The translations under genes were made by a program, and so were the position numbers. A stretch of 64,000 bases of DNA from a virus (Duplodnaviria > Caudoviricetes), in the IMG/VR virus record IMGVR_UViG_3300037484_000333, positions 8,635-72,634 of that record. One strand, given 5' to 3'. A model generated the notes under the pieces. The model did no database searches and had not been told where the DNA came from. It saw only the letters and a program-made list of their open reading frames with translations. The first letter of the stretch is position 1, and the number at the start of each line of letters is the position of its first letter. Positions 55,166 to 64,000 of this stretch are shown here, one piece after another.

Positions 55166-55516
55166 GACATGATACAATTATAGGTGGAAGGGAGACAGGC
55201 CTGTGAGAGGGCCGGAGTACCTTCATTACCCCCCCGTTCCGCTTAGGTGGGCGGGAAAGTGGGAGCGGTCAGGGTACCGTCGTCATGGAGACCGCTAGGG
55301 ATGCGCCGTGGGTGGGGGCTCTCCCATCAAACTGCCAATGTTACACAAAGACAGACCCAAGTCGTCTTGTTGCGCCTGCGGTAATGAATCACCCATAGGC
55401 GTACTATACTGCATGGACTGCATATACCTATATATGTTTAGGGCCTGCAACTACGCAAAGGCAATTCACAGCGGATGGCAATACTCTTATAAAGTAGGAA
55501 GTGTAGGTGTTCATAT

Positions 55517-56329
55517 TTGCGAAAGTCCTTACTCGCCTTCCCCTATTACGGAGGCAAGACTAAACATCTAGATAAGATACTACCACTTATTCCTCCACAC
55601 CACTGCTATGCCGAACCCTTCTGTGGGTCAGCAGCAGTCCTCTTGAACAAGCCGGTAAGCAAGGTTGAAGCCATCAACGACTTAGATGGTGATGTGCATA
55701 ACTTCTTCACAGTACTGAGGGATCGCTCGGATGAACTCATAAGGGCTTTGACCCTCACTCCACATTCCCGCATAGAGTATGCCGCTTCCTGCTACGCCAC
55801 GTCAGATGACCCTATAGAGAAGGCCAGACTGTTTTACACTCGGATACGGCAAAGCTACATGACTAAGCCGGTAACCACTCCAGGGTCATGGTCTTATGGC
55901 CCCTCATTGGACGTAGCCGGTAAGTTTATAAGGCACTTGGGGCAACTGGGAGAAGTTGCCATGCGGCTTAAGGAAGTTCAGGTTGACTGTTTAGATGCTA
56001 TAACCTTCATTAAGCACTGGGATCGCCAGTATACCTTCTTCTACATTGACCCTCCTTACCTGGCTGAGACACGCAGCTCCACAGGAGAGTACACCGTGGA
56101 GACCCGGGACTCCATGCACATGGCACTCATGGGAGAGTTGGCGACTCTCAAGGGTAAGTTCATGCTTAGTGGTTACCACAACTGGCTATATGACGATGTA
56201 GCAGAAGCTTGTGGCTGGAAGGTGGTTGAATGGACCACATGGACCACAGCACATCGTACCAGTGAGAAGACAACCGACAGTAGGGGTAGCCACCCCAAAA
56301 GGACGGAAGTCATATGGCTAAATTATTGA
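55517..56329 (+). CDS. dam: DNA adenine methyltransferase (D12/Dam class)
   Basis: FPYYGGK, EPFCGSAAV, INDLD, YIDPPY; target site unknown. Confidence 0.85.
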   Translation: MRKSLLAFPYYGGKTKHLDKILPLIPPHHCYAEPFCGSAAVLLNKPVSKVEAINDLDGDVHNFFTVLRDRSDELIRALTLTPHSRIEYAASCYATSDDPIEKARLFYTRIRQSYMTKPVTTPGSWSYGPSLDVAGKFIRHLGQLGEVAMRLKEVQVDCLDAITFIKHWDRQYTFFYIDPPYLAETRSSTGEYTVETRDSMHMALMGELATLKGKFMLSGYHNWLYDDVAEACGWKVVEWTTWTTAHRTSEKTTDSRGSHPKRTEVIWLNY

Positions 56330-56502
56330 GAGACAAAGACCGGTGCATGGCTTTGGAGTGTGAGGAACCAGCAGAGTGGGATATAGCTGACTCCCTACTC
56401 TGTAAGGTGCATATTGGCAAACTACTTAAAGGAGAACGTGTAGACTTGATAGACGGCTCGCTAAAGCTGGGACAGGTTAAGAGGGTGAAGGTAATTGGTT
56501 AG
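56314..56502 (+). CDS. Small hypothetical protein
   Basis: C...C...LCKVH. Confidence 0.4.
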   Translation: MAKLLRDKDRCMALECEEPAEWDIADSLLCKVHIGKLLKGERVDLIDGSLKLGQVKRVKVIG

Positions 56503-56995
56503 AGAACCTTGGGACATATACTTCTTGAAACTGGCTACCCTAGTCTCCACAAGAAGTAACTGCTGTCGAAGGCATTATGGGGCTGTAATAGTTAGGGATA
56601 AGGCGGTAGTATCCACTGGTTACAATGGTACCCCCAGTGGCGTACAAAACTGTATTGCTGGTGGGTGCCCCCGCTGTAACTCTGATACACCGCCAGGTGA
56701 AGGCTACGACCGCTGCATATGTGTCCACGCTGAGGCTAATGCCATTCTACTGGCGGCTAAGCACGGCATTGACACTAAGGATACTACCATGTACTGTATA
56801 GCTAGGCCGTGTCTTTCCTGTATGAAGGAAATCATCCAGTCCGGCATATCCACAGTGAGGTACTATGAGTGGTACGACAACAACCTTGAGGTAGAGGAGG
56901 CCTACGGACAATTAATACCGAGGATAAAGCTGGTAAGACACTTCCTGGAGGGAAGAGAACTGACCCGAAGTCAGATGACTACCTGGCCTGGTTAA
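56495..56995 (+). CDS. dCMP deaminase
   Basis: STRSNC.RRHYGAVIV, TGYNGTP, VHAEANA, PCLSC. Confidence 0.9.
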   Translation: MVREPWDIYFLKLATLVSTRSNCCRRHYGAVIVRDKAVVSTGYNGTPSGVQNCIAGGCPRCNSDTPPGEGYDRCICVHAEANAILLAAKHGIDTKDTTMYCIARPCLSCMKEIIQSGISTVRYYEWYDNNLEVEEAYGQLIPRIKLVRHFLEGRELTRSQMTTWPG

Positions 56996-57044
56996 ACCAG
57001 TTCAGACCACTAATCAAAATAGTGAGGAAGGATGGTACTACCGA

Positions 57045-57479
57045 GTGGGCCACGATGGAAAATTTGAACGAACGGATAAAATCAAGCCAGACAAAGTAAA
57101 GGCAAAGATCATAAGGGCAGCAGTCAAGAAATACAAGGAACTGTTAGGTCTCCCCAACTGGCCGGTCTATATGTATTGGGCTTACGACCTAAAGGATACG
57201 GATGAAGGCCCTGAACTGGCTGCCTTTATAGACGTACTGGCTACCGACAATGAGGTACACCTGTTCGTCAACACCCGCATAGTACCGGAACACATTGATA
57301 GGGTGGTCGCCCACGAAATGGTCCACTGGCTAATGGAAGAATTGAGGGTCTTCTCCACAGAGTCTGGAGCCAACGCCAAATACTTCAAGTACCTACTGGA
57401 GAAAGTGGTAGAAGCGGTCGCCATATCAATATCCCAACCCAGCCGCAAAGACCCAGCCATACTGTTGGAGCCCAAGTAG
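57045..57479 (+). CDS. HExxH metallopeptidase-like protein
   Basis: VAHEMVHW. Confidence 0.5.
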   Translation: MGHDGKFERTDKIKPDKVKAKIIRAAVKKYKELLGLPNWPVYMYWAYDLKDTDEGPELAAFIDVLATDNEVHLFVNTRIVPEHIDRVVAHEMVHWLMEELRVFSTESGANAKYFKYLLEKVVEAVAISISQPSRKDPAILLEPK

Positions 57480-57571
57480 TTTGGGTCATGGTGGCCGACG
57501 GGCACAAAGGGTCGAGTGCCGCTAGGCACGAGCCCGACTGCCCCCAGGCCACTACTAGGGAGAGGGTTAAC

Positions 57572-58006
57572 ATGGCTAACGATGAGTGGGAGACACCACA
57601 AGACTTCTTCGATAAACTGGATGCTATATTCCACTTCACAATGGATATAGCCGCTAGTGAGGCTAACGCCAAATGCCCCATATACTTTGACAAGGAGTTC
57701 GACTCACTACACGCTCTCGGTTGGAGTGAAAACCAGGTAATTTGGCTTAACCCACCGTATAGCAAACCATACCCGTGGGTCAAGAAGGCTTGGGAAGAGG
57801 CTGAGTACAACACCATAGTCCTACTACTACCCTCCACCACCGGTGTCAAGTGGTTCCATGAGTTTGTATGGGATGACGAGACAGGTAGGTCAAAGGATAA
57901 TGTACTACTGTACTTCATACCAGGCCGTATCAAGTTCGTAGGGGCCAAGAGTACTCCACGCTTTGATAGCGTACTGGTGGTATTCAAGAGGAGACATTAT
58001 GACTAG
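57572..58006 (+). CDS. Phage N6-adenine DNA methyltransferase
   Basis: DEWETPQDFFDKLD..FHFTMDIAAS..NAKC...WLNPPYS...GRIKF. Confidence 0.85.
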   Translation: MANDEWETPQDFFDKLDAIFHFTMDIAASEANAKCPIYFDKEFDSLHALGWSENQVIWLNPPYSKPYPWVKKAWEEAEYNTIVLLLPSTTGVKWFHEFVWDDETGRSKDNVLLYFIPGRIKFVGAKSTPRFDSVLVVFKRRHYD

Positions 58007-58454
58007 AACCAAAGAGCAGGCAGACCGTAAGATAGCTGAACTGGATGCCCTAAGACCATCCCAATTCATGTCTAAGGAAGAACTTATAGAGTTCAGGGAA
58101 CGCACTTGGCAAAAGCTACTGGATGCTGGCCTGGTCAGTGATAAGCGCACTGGTCAACGGGCTATTAGGGCAGATGGGGTTGTCGGTACTAGAGGCCACT
58201 ACCAAAAGCCCCGTCCTAAGCCTGAAAAGCCACATAACCCAGACTCACCACTGTGGAGAGAATGGATTGAGAAGCGTAGAACCAAAAAGATATTCAAGGA
58301 CAGGCTGAACGACATGCCGATAGTCAGAAGGCTCCACAAGAAAGGCCTATTCAAGACTGACGACCACAGACGTGAATACATGAGGAATTACATGAGAGAT
58401 TACAACAAACGCAAGAAAGAGGCTCAAAGTGCCTTAGAGGAGCCCCCAAATTAA
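57999..58454 (+). CDS. Basic hypothetical protein
   Basis: SD GAGGAG; RREYMRNYMRDY. Confidence 0.5.
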   Translation: MTRTKEQADRKIAELDALRPSQFMSKEELIEFRERTWQKLLDAGLVSDKRTGQRAIRADGVVGTRGHYQKPRPKPEKPHNPDSPLWREWIEKRRTKKIFKDRLNDMPIVRRLHKKGLFKTDDHRREYMRNYMRDYNKRKKEAQSALEEPPN

Positions 58455-58561
58455 TAGTTATCTTATACAGGAAATTGACTTCTATGTTAAATGTGAATAC
58501 AAAACGCGGCATTTAACAGATGTTATACCTATTTTTTGTCGCTACGCTCCAAACTCCAGAC

Positions 58562-58590
58562 TTGACAAGTATATAAGAATATGTTACACT
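58562..58590 (+). promoter_or_regulatory. Sigma70 promoter upstream of the packaging genes
   Basis: TTGACA-17-TACACT with TGn. Confidence 0.6.
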
Positions 58591-58799
58591 TAGGTAAGCG
58601 AAGCAACCCGACGACTATATATAGGTATAGTAGCCGTTAGGCTATAAGGTATTACATATGTTAAACGTGGGCATTTGTAAATTTTAACACCTCATTTAGT
58701 ACCTTAAGCCATACCACATCATCCTCATCCACATGCTCTAGCCACTTCTCGCCACGCAGCATAGCCTTCCTAGCCTCTTCCAGCTTTAGCAACTCTTTC

Positions 58800-59186
58800 T
58801 CAGTCAGCATCTTCTATATCCCTCGCATACCTATTCATCTGTGCAGCCAGGGTATCTAGCTGCCAGCCCTTCTTCCTTTCCTTGTCTCTGAACACCCCCA
58901 CCACAGCCTCGTGTACCAACTCCATGTCGGTACCCTTCAGCTTATCGGTAGTGGCCCCATAGTTCCAGGCCACCCACTTCAACCCAGCAATCAAGGCCTC
59001 AGTGAACACAGCCCTCTCTGACATATCCAGCTCCTTAGCCATAGCCTGGGCCTCATCCTTTAGCTCCCACGGTATATACACTAGCTTGGTAAACCACTTG
59101 GCTGCAGGGATTAGGTGACTTCCATAGTTGGAGCCTACCTCACCTACCATACCACCCCTCATGTAAGTCTTGTTACCACTACTCAT
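58800..59186 (-). CDS. Ribbon-helix-helix-like hypothetical regulator
   Basis: KLVYIPWELKDEAQAMAKELDMSERAVFTEAL. Confidence 0.4.
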   Translation of the reverse strand: MSSGNKTYMRGGMVGEVGSNYGSHLIPAAKWFTKLVYIPWELKDEAQAMAKELDMSERAVFTEALIAGLKWVAWNYGATTDKLKGTDMELVHEAVVGVFRDKERKKGWQLDTLAAQMNRYARDIEDAD

Positions 59187-59240
59187 ACCACCAGTATACC
59201 ACCCTATTGTGTTACAATTATGGTTGAGGAGGTGCGTCTA

Positions 59241-59372
59241 TTGGTAAGTAAGTCTAAGGCTAAGAAGATACTGAAGGATAAGAAGATCAAAGGGAAGAAG
59301 CTCTCAAAGAAACAACGAGGCTACTTTGGCCTCATTGCCGGTGGCAAGAAACCAAGACGTGCAAGTAAGTAA
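59241..59372 (+). CDS. Small basic protein
   Basis: SD GAGGAGG plus TTG; LSKKQRGYFGLIAGG. Confidence 0.55.
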   Translation: MVSKSKAKKILKDKKIKGKKLSKKQRGYFGLIAGGKKPRRASK

Positions 59373-59952
59373 GGCATACAAAGAGGTAGCAGAACCCGTC
59401 AGTCTAGCCCTATTGGAGGGTACCGACGTTATCAACCCTCTATCCATTGTTGGGGCTGCTATTGACGGGTTAACACCAATCCAAGAACACTTCCTCCTAA
59501 TGAGACTACTAGGAGGGTCTGACTCTGTAGCCAGGAAGGCTGCTCTAGTCAAGAAGGAAGAACTGTTTGACTGGAAGGATAAGGATGAGACCTTCCAACT
59601 AGCCTACGAGCGAGTATGTACTGAGCCTGATTTGCTACTCGACCAGGCTATGAAACTTATCCAGCTACTGGCTGCTGTACGGCATGTGGAGTTCCTAAGC
59701 TCTGGAGACTCAAGGGAAAGGCGCTGGGCCATCGACACGGCCTACAAGGCCAGGGAGTCTGGAGCCAGGGCTCGTAAGGACGAAGCCCAGGGTCAGTTTG
59801 AGAAGCTTAAGGCAGACCATGCCCAAAAGCTAGTTAATAAGGAATATGACCGAGATAGAGGAATACGAACGGTGTCTGGAGAGTCCGGAGTACTTCATGA
59901 ACGAGTACCTGTGGCTCCAGGACCCGATAACGTTCGAGACGATCAAGCTTAG
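59359..59952 (+). CDS. terS: Terminase small subunit (putative)
   Basis: HTH-like LTPIQEHFL..., directly upstream of terL; start uncertain. Confidence 0.55.
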   Translation: MQVSKAYKEVAEPVSLALLEGTDVINPLSIVGAAIDGLTPIQEHFLLMRLLGGSDSVARKAALVKKEELFDWKDKDETFQLAYERVCTEPDLLLDQAMKLIQLLAAVRHVEFLSSGDSRERRWAIDTAYKARESGARARKDEAQGQFEKLKADHAQKLVNKEYDRDRGIRTVSGESGVLHERVPVAPGPDNVRDDQA

Positions 59953-61342
59953 TCTTGAGGGGGAGTGGTCCTACCTCACTGACGTGCTGCATGAGTTTCT
60001 AGATACCCGTCTACTTATTATCCTAAAGTCTAGGCAGCTGGGTATCTCAACCCTCTGTGCAGCCTATGCCTTATGGACGGCTATGTTCAGGACTAATGCT
60101 AACATCCTACTACTATCCAAACGGGAGACTGAGGCCCAAAGGCTTATGGGCAAGATTAAGTTCATGAGAGACCACCTACCGGGTTGGCTGTTGCCCAGGC
60201 TTTTGAAGGACACTGAGAGCAAGATGACCTTCACAGGAGACTCCCTAGGCGGTGGTAAGTTCTCAGAAGGATCAACCATTATCGTTCTACCAGCTACCGA
60301 AGATGCAGGCCGCTCAGAAACAGCATCAATTGTTATTTGTGACGAGTGGGCCTTCCACCCCTTCGCAGAGCGTAACTACAGCGCCTTCAAGCCCACAGTT
60401 GATGCAGGTGGGCAGGTCATAGGCCTTTCGACCGCCAATGGCATAGGTAACCTGTTCTACAAACTCTATGCTGGTGCGAAGAAGCATGATAACAACTTCA
60501 AGCATCTGTTCCTACCGTGGCATCTACGGCCTGGTAGGGATGAGCAGTGGTACGAGGAGCGAAAGAGGGAGTACTCCTTCAGCCTACTACTTCTAAACCA
60601 GGAGTACCCTACCAACGACATAGACGCATTCATCATGACCAGCGAGTCGCCATTCGACGCGGACGCTGTAAGGTTCTACTTAGATAATGTGGTTAAGGAC
60701 CCTCTACCTAAGGGCAATCTCCCTACCACCTTGCAAACCCTGGCTGCACATGAGATCAGTGTATGGGAGCTTCCCCAACCACGCCAACAGTACGTCATAG
60801 GGGCAGACCCAGCCGAAGGCATCGGTCAAGACAAGTCAGAGGCAACAGTATGGGACATTGAGAATACACAGGTCTGTAAGATCAGCGGGCAGTTTGACCC
60901 AGACCAGTTTGCTAGAATCCTCAACCTAGTTGGCCATGTTTACAACCAGGCCTTAATAGCCGTGGAGCGTAACAACCACGGGCATTCAGTCCTTAACGTC
61001 CTGTGTCGCTACCTCAACTACCCGCGAGTCTACAAGCACTACGCGTATGACCAGAAGCTCACCCGCAAGATATATAAAGCGGGTTACCCCACTAACGTTA
61101 AGGAAAAAGCTATCATGATGGCTGACATTGTAGCTGCTGTACGTGAAAAAGACTGTATAATTAGAGATAGGGAGTTCTTTGAGCAGGCTACTATATTTGG
61201 TCAGCCTAAAGAACCTGACGATGCGGTGATAGCTAATGCCGTAGTATTGCAAGCCCTCAAGTCTCCACAGGCTAGGGGGAAGCAAAAGATAAAGGTATCA
61301 TACTCACCAATAGGAGGTTATAGGGGAGGCAGACGTAGATAG
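59846..61342 (+). CDS. terL: Terminase large subunit
   Basis: LKSRQLGIS, GRS, VICDEWAF, STANG, IGADPAEG, VERNNHG, DDAVIA. Confidence 0.95.
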   Translation: MTEIEEYERCLESPEYFMNEYLWLQDPITFETIKLSLEGEWSYLTDVLHEFLDTRLLIILKSRQLGISTLCAAYALWTAMFRTNANILLLSKRETEAQRLMGKIKFMRDHLPGWLLPRLLKDTESKMTFTGDSLGGGKFSEGSTIIVLPATEDAGRSETASIVICDEWAFHPFAERNYSAFKPTVDAGGQVIGLSTANGIGNLFYKLYAGAKKHDNNFKHLFLPWHLRPGRDEQWYEERKREYSFSLLLLNQEYPTNDIDAFIMTSESPFDADAVRFYLDNVVKDPLPKGNLPTTLQTLAAHEISVWELPQPRQQYVIGADPAEGIGQDKSEATVWDIENTQVCKISGQFDPDQFARILNLVGHVYNQALIAVERNNHGHSVLNVLCRYLNYPRVYKHYAYDQKLTRKIYKAGYPTNVKEKAIMMADIVAAVREKDCIIRDREFFEQATIFGQPKEPDDAVIANAVVLQALKSPQARGKQKIKVSYSPIGGYRGGRRR

Positions 61343-63279
61343 ACCACGAGGCTCGAATAGAAGCCGACCTAAATTGGATAAATAATAACTACGGGAAGCG
61401 GGATGCTGAGTTCCGTAGATTTTGGCGTTGGTATAAAGGCTACCACTATATGGAAGATGCGGCCCTCGAACCTGAGATTGAGGAAGAGGAGCCTAGTACT
61501 GTGGTGGAGACTCTGCCATCCTCTGAAATCCAACACCTCAGTACTGTAACCCTACCAACTATCATTATTGACAATGCTCATACTCTCCTAACCACTGCCG
61601 ACCCCATCATAGAGGTGGTACTATCCGGTAAGGAAGGTACGCCCCGTAAGGAGAAGGCAGCCAAGGTTGAAAGAGCACTACATGGAACCTACTACATCAA
61701 TAGACAGAATACCGGCACTGACCCAATCTCTGACTCCATACTTAACCAGCTAGTATTTGGCTGGGGTTGTATATACACCGTATGGGACCCCTACAGGGGG
61801 GAGGAACTGGTTGGACCGGAAAAGGGTGATGATGATGAGGAGTACCCTGACTACGACTTCCCCATAATTGTAGAGTCGGTACACCCTCTAACGGTTTATG
61901 CAGTACCTGGGGCGCGCAATGGACGTTGGAAAACCATTATGCGGATATACGAAAGAACTATTGCTGATATTGAAGCAGAGTGGGGTATCGACGACCTAAT
62001 AGCGCGCATCAACAAGGGTAAGCCCAAGAAGGACCAGATGGAAGATGATGCCTACCAGCTGGTGGAATATAGGGATGTATGGTACTGGGCTAAGGTAGGT
62101 AAGAAGGATGTAGTCCACCACGCAGTACAGGCAGGTGGGGAGTTCATCAAAGCACCCATCGCCATGCCTAAGTACAAGTCTCTACCCTATACCATCTTCT
62201 TCTGTAGGCCATTCTCTGACGACGCACCGGAAGGCTACGGCCTCTCACTTCTCTTTCCTGTCATAGAACCAGTTGAAGAGTTGGAAAGCCTTATCAGTCG
62301 TATGAATAGGGCAGTGGACGCCTATGCTGACCCAATCCTAGTCGTAGAGGCGGGGCCTGACCAGGAAGTAGAGCAAGTAGACAAGCGGCCTGGGGCCGTA
62401 TTTGTGGTCCCCTCCGGTGGACGGGTCTACTATGTTAACTGGCAAGGAAGTCCACCTGACGCCTCTGCACTTATCAGCCTCCAGAGAAGTCTGATTCAAG
62501 AGGCGAGCTTTCCCAATGTTACCTTCGGGCAGCAGGGTGGAACTTCAGGACTTGATACTATTTCTCTACAGCAGGGCGGACTGGTACGGGTGGAGATGCC
62601 CAAGCGCCAGGCCGAGATCGCCATTCAGACTGTGAACTCCAAGATTATCAGCCTTATACAGAACTTCCTACCGGCTGACCAAAGCCTGTTCGTGAAGGGA
62701 GTCAGACGAGAGAATAATAAAGACCATCCCTTCAGCCTGAACCTGAAGAAGGAAGACCTGAATGGTATCAGCTATACGTGGGTCAAGATTCAGCCGCGCT
62801 TCCCACAGGCTGCCCTCAGAAACGCTGCTATTGCCCAAGGACTTGTCCAGGCTGGCATGTATGACGAAGAGGACGCCCTGACCGAGTTCCTGTATGTTCA
62901 GGACCCAGTAACCATGCTTAAGAAGATTAAGAGACGGAAGGTTATGAACAATGAGGCTCTCCTGGGCCTTGTGATCCAGATGGCCGCTCAGAAGATAATG
63001 GCAGGGCGGCAAGAGCCTCAAAACGTGCAACCTCCAGGGCCACCGCTGCCTCCAGGGCCTGTCGGGCCTGAAGGTGGACCCATGATGCCTCCCAACATGG
63101 CAAACGCCGCTAGTGGGATGCCGCCTGGGGGTGGAAATGCTCCTTCAGCCTCTGAATTGATCATGGCTTTGAGGGGTATGGCAGAGGAAGGTACGGTAGG
63201 GTCAGAGATGACCACCACCAGCCAATACAAGAATTTGGGTAACGCTATCAAGGGCAAGGCTAATGCCGCGCAAGAATAG
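61339..63279 (+). CDS. Portal protein (646 aa), predicted ATA start
   Basis: Follows terL; SD GGAGG, 9 nt, ATA, with in-frame TAG directly before; adds 37 aa (IDHEARIEADLNWINNNYGKRDAEFRRFWRWYKGYHY). Confidence 0.8.
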   Translation: MDHEARIEADLNWINNNYGKRDAEFRRFWRWYKGYHYMEDAALEPEIEEEEPSTVVETLPSSEIQHLSTVTLPTIIIDNAHTLLTTADPIIEVVLSGKEGTPRKEKAAKVERALHGTYYINRQNTGTDPISDSILNQLVFGWGCIYTVWDPYRGEELVGPEKGDDDEEYPDYDFPIIVESVHPLTVYAVPGARNGRWKTIMRIYERTIADIEAEWGIDDLIARINKGKPKKDQMEDDAYQLVEYRDVWYWAKVGKKDVVHHAVQAGGEFIKAPIAMPKYKSLPYTIFFCRPFSDDAPEGYGLSLLFPVIEPVEELESLISRMNRAVDAYADPILVVEAGPDQEVEQVDKRPGAVFVVPSGGRVYYVNWQGSPPDASALISLQRSLIQEASFPNVTFGQQGGTSGLDTISLQQGGLVRVEMPKRQAEIAIQTVNSKIISLIQNFLPADQSLFVKGVRRENNKDHPFSLNLKKEDLNGISYTWVKIQPRFPQAALRNAAIAQGLVQAGMYDEEDALTEFLYVQDPVTMLKKIKRRKVMNNEALLGLVIQMAAQKIMAGRQEPQNVQPPGPPLPPGPVGPEGGPMMPPNMANAASGMPPGGGNAPSASELIMALRGMAEEGTVGSEMTTTSQYKNLGNAIKGKANAAQE

Positions 63280-63517
63280 GGTTAAGCCACTACCCTGGGA
63301 AGTGGATGTCTATGAGGCTATAGGCGAGTGGCTTGATATAATGACTGAGGTCTTCGATGACGTAGAGGGTAAGATAAACGACGAGAAAGCACTGGAAACA
63401 GTCTTCCTAAAGGTAGACAGTTTAGAGGAAGCAATTTGGTCAGAGAGGGAGGAGAGAGAAGTTGGCGCAAGTACGATCCCCACGCCAGGGGGTCAGCCGA
63501 TACCTGGAGGCGGGTAG
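63263..63517 (+). CDS. Acidic hypothetical protein
   Basis: ORF track; overlaps the portal end. Confidence 0.45.
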   Translation: MPRKNRVKPLPWEVDVYEAIGEWLDIMTEVFDDVEGKINDEKALETVFLKVDSLEEAIWSEREEREVGASTIPTPGGQPIPGGG

Positions 63518-64000
63518 TCCGTTCTGGCGTATGCCGATTGAGTCCAGCCCTCCGATAACTTATCCGGCGGCCACTCCGACTCCAGCGCCATTGCCAGAAC
63601 CGACTCCCATCCCAACTACTCCAACTCCCTCTGCACCAGCCCCTCTAACTTGGGAAGACTGGCTTAACTGGTGGAGGACCGGTGGGGGCTTCCAACCTAT
63701 GGCTGAGGGCGGGGTGGTCGGTATTGTTGGTGAGAAAGGTTGGGAATATGCCCAACTACCACCTGGTACCATCATTGCTCCACCTCAAAATCCGTTTGAG
63801 AGTCCGTCTATGGCTGGTGCCAACCAAGCCTTTAGCCGAGAGAAGCAGGAGGCTGGGTTAAGGCCGTTCCTAACTGGTGGTTTAGTACCGCAGCCACCGC
63901 GCGTTCCCACACCTGGTGACCTCGCACATCGTCAGGCGACTAGGGAAACTACTAGGCAGCGCAGAGAGAATGAGGCTAACAGGCTTCACCCACCCCCACC
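63462..64000 (+). CDS. Pro-rich N-terminus of a large virion protein, 3'-truncated (not in ORF track)
   Basis: SD GGAGGAG plus TTG at 63462; frame open to the window end; MAEGGVVGIVGEKGWE and FLTGGLV motifs. Confidence 0.55.
   Translation, partial: MAQVRSPRQGVSRYLEAGSPFWRMPIESSPPITYPAATPTPAPLPEPTPIPTTPTPSAPAPLTWEDWLNWWRTGGGFQPMAEGGVVGIVGEKGWEYAQLPPGTIIAPPQNPFESPSMAGANQAFSREKQEAGLRPFLTGGLVPQPPRVPTPGDLAHRQATRETTRQRRENEANRLHPPP

Noticed and set aside
1-64000. Stop-codon reassignment (alternative genetic code)
   Set aside because: Long genes are intact under code 11 and all three stops terminate genes. The truncations in the ORF track are explained by start codons, not stops.

Overview
The window is most of a ~50% GC tailed-phage (Caudoviricetes, podovirus-like) genome. 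It starts and ends inside genes. No integrase, tape-measure or major-tail gene is visible. Three blocks are present. (1) 1-22.6 kb (+): a giant repeat-containing virion protein, scaffold, DUF5309/SU10-type major capsid, a glycosyltransferase-methyltransferase fusion, a beta-helix and a 1905-aa modular fibre, adaptor, tail nozzle, and a metzincin protease next to a holin. (2) 22.7-52.2 kb (-): replication and nucleotide genes (PolA, DinG-like helicase, PD-(D/E)XK and ERCC4 nucleases, UDG, an NrdJ C-terminal module), a complete ubiquitin-like conjugation operon (E2, JAB, E1, Ubl-Cys-rich, tandem di-Ubl), and a Ro60/TROVE gene preceded by an array of Y-RNA-like ncRNAs. (3) 52.2-64 kb (mostly +): a GATC-rich island with direct repeats, two adenine MTases, dCMP deaminase, terminase and portal. 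Main highlights: the phage-encoded Ubl ligation pathway with a polyubiquitin-like precursor; Ro60 with at least four Y-like RNAs plus further structured RNAs; and apparent non-canonical initiation (ATA/ATC/CTG/ACG) on at least nine genes, including capsid, portal, adaptor and DNA polymerase, which the supplied ORF track truncates. All family assignments come from motif recognition by eye, not database searches.
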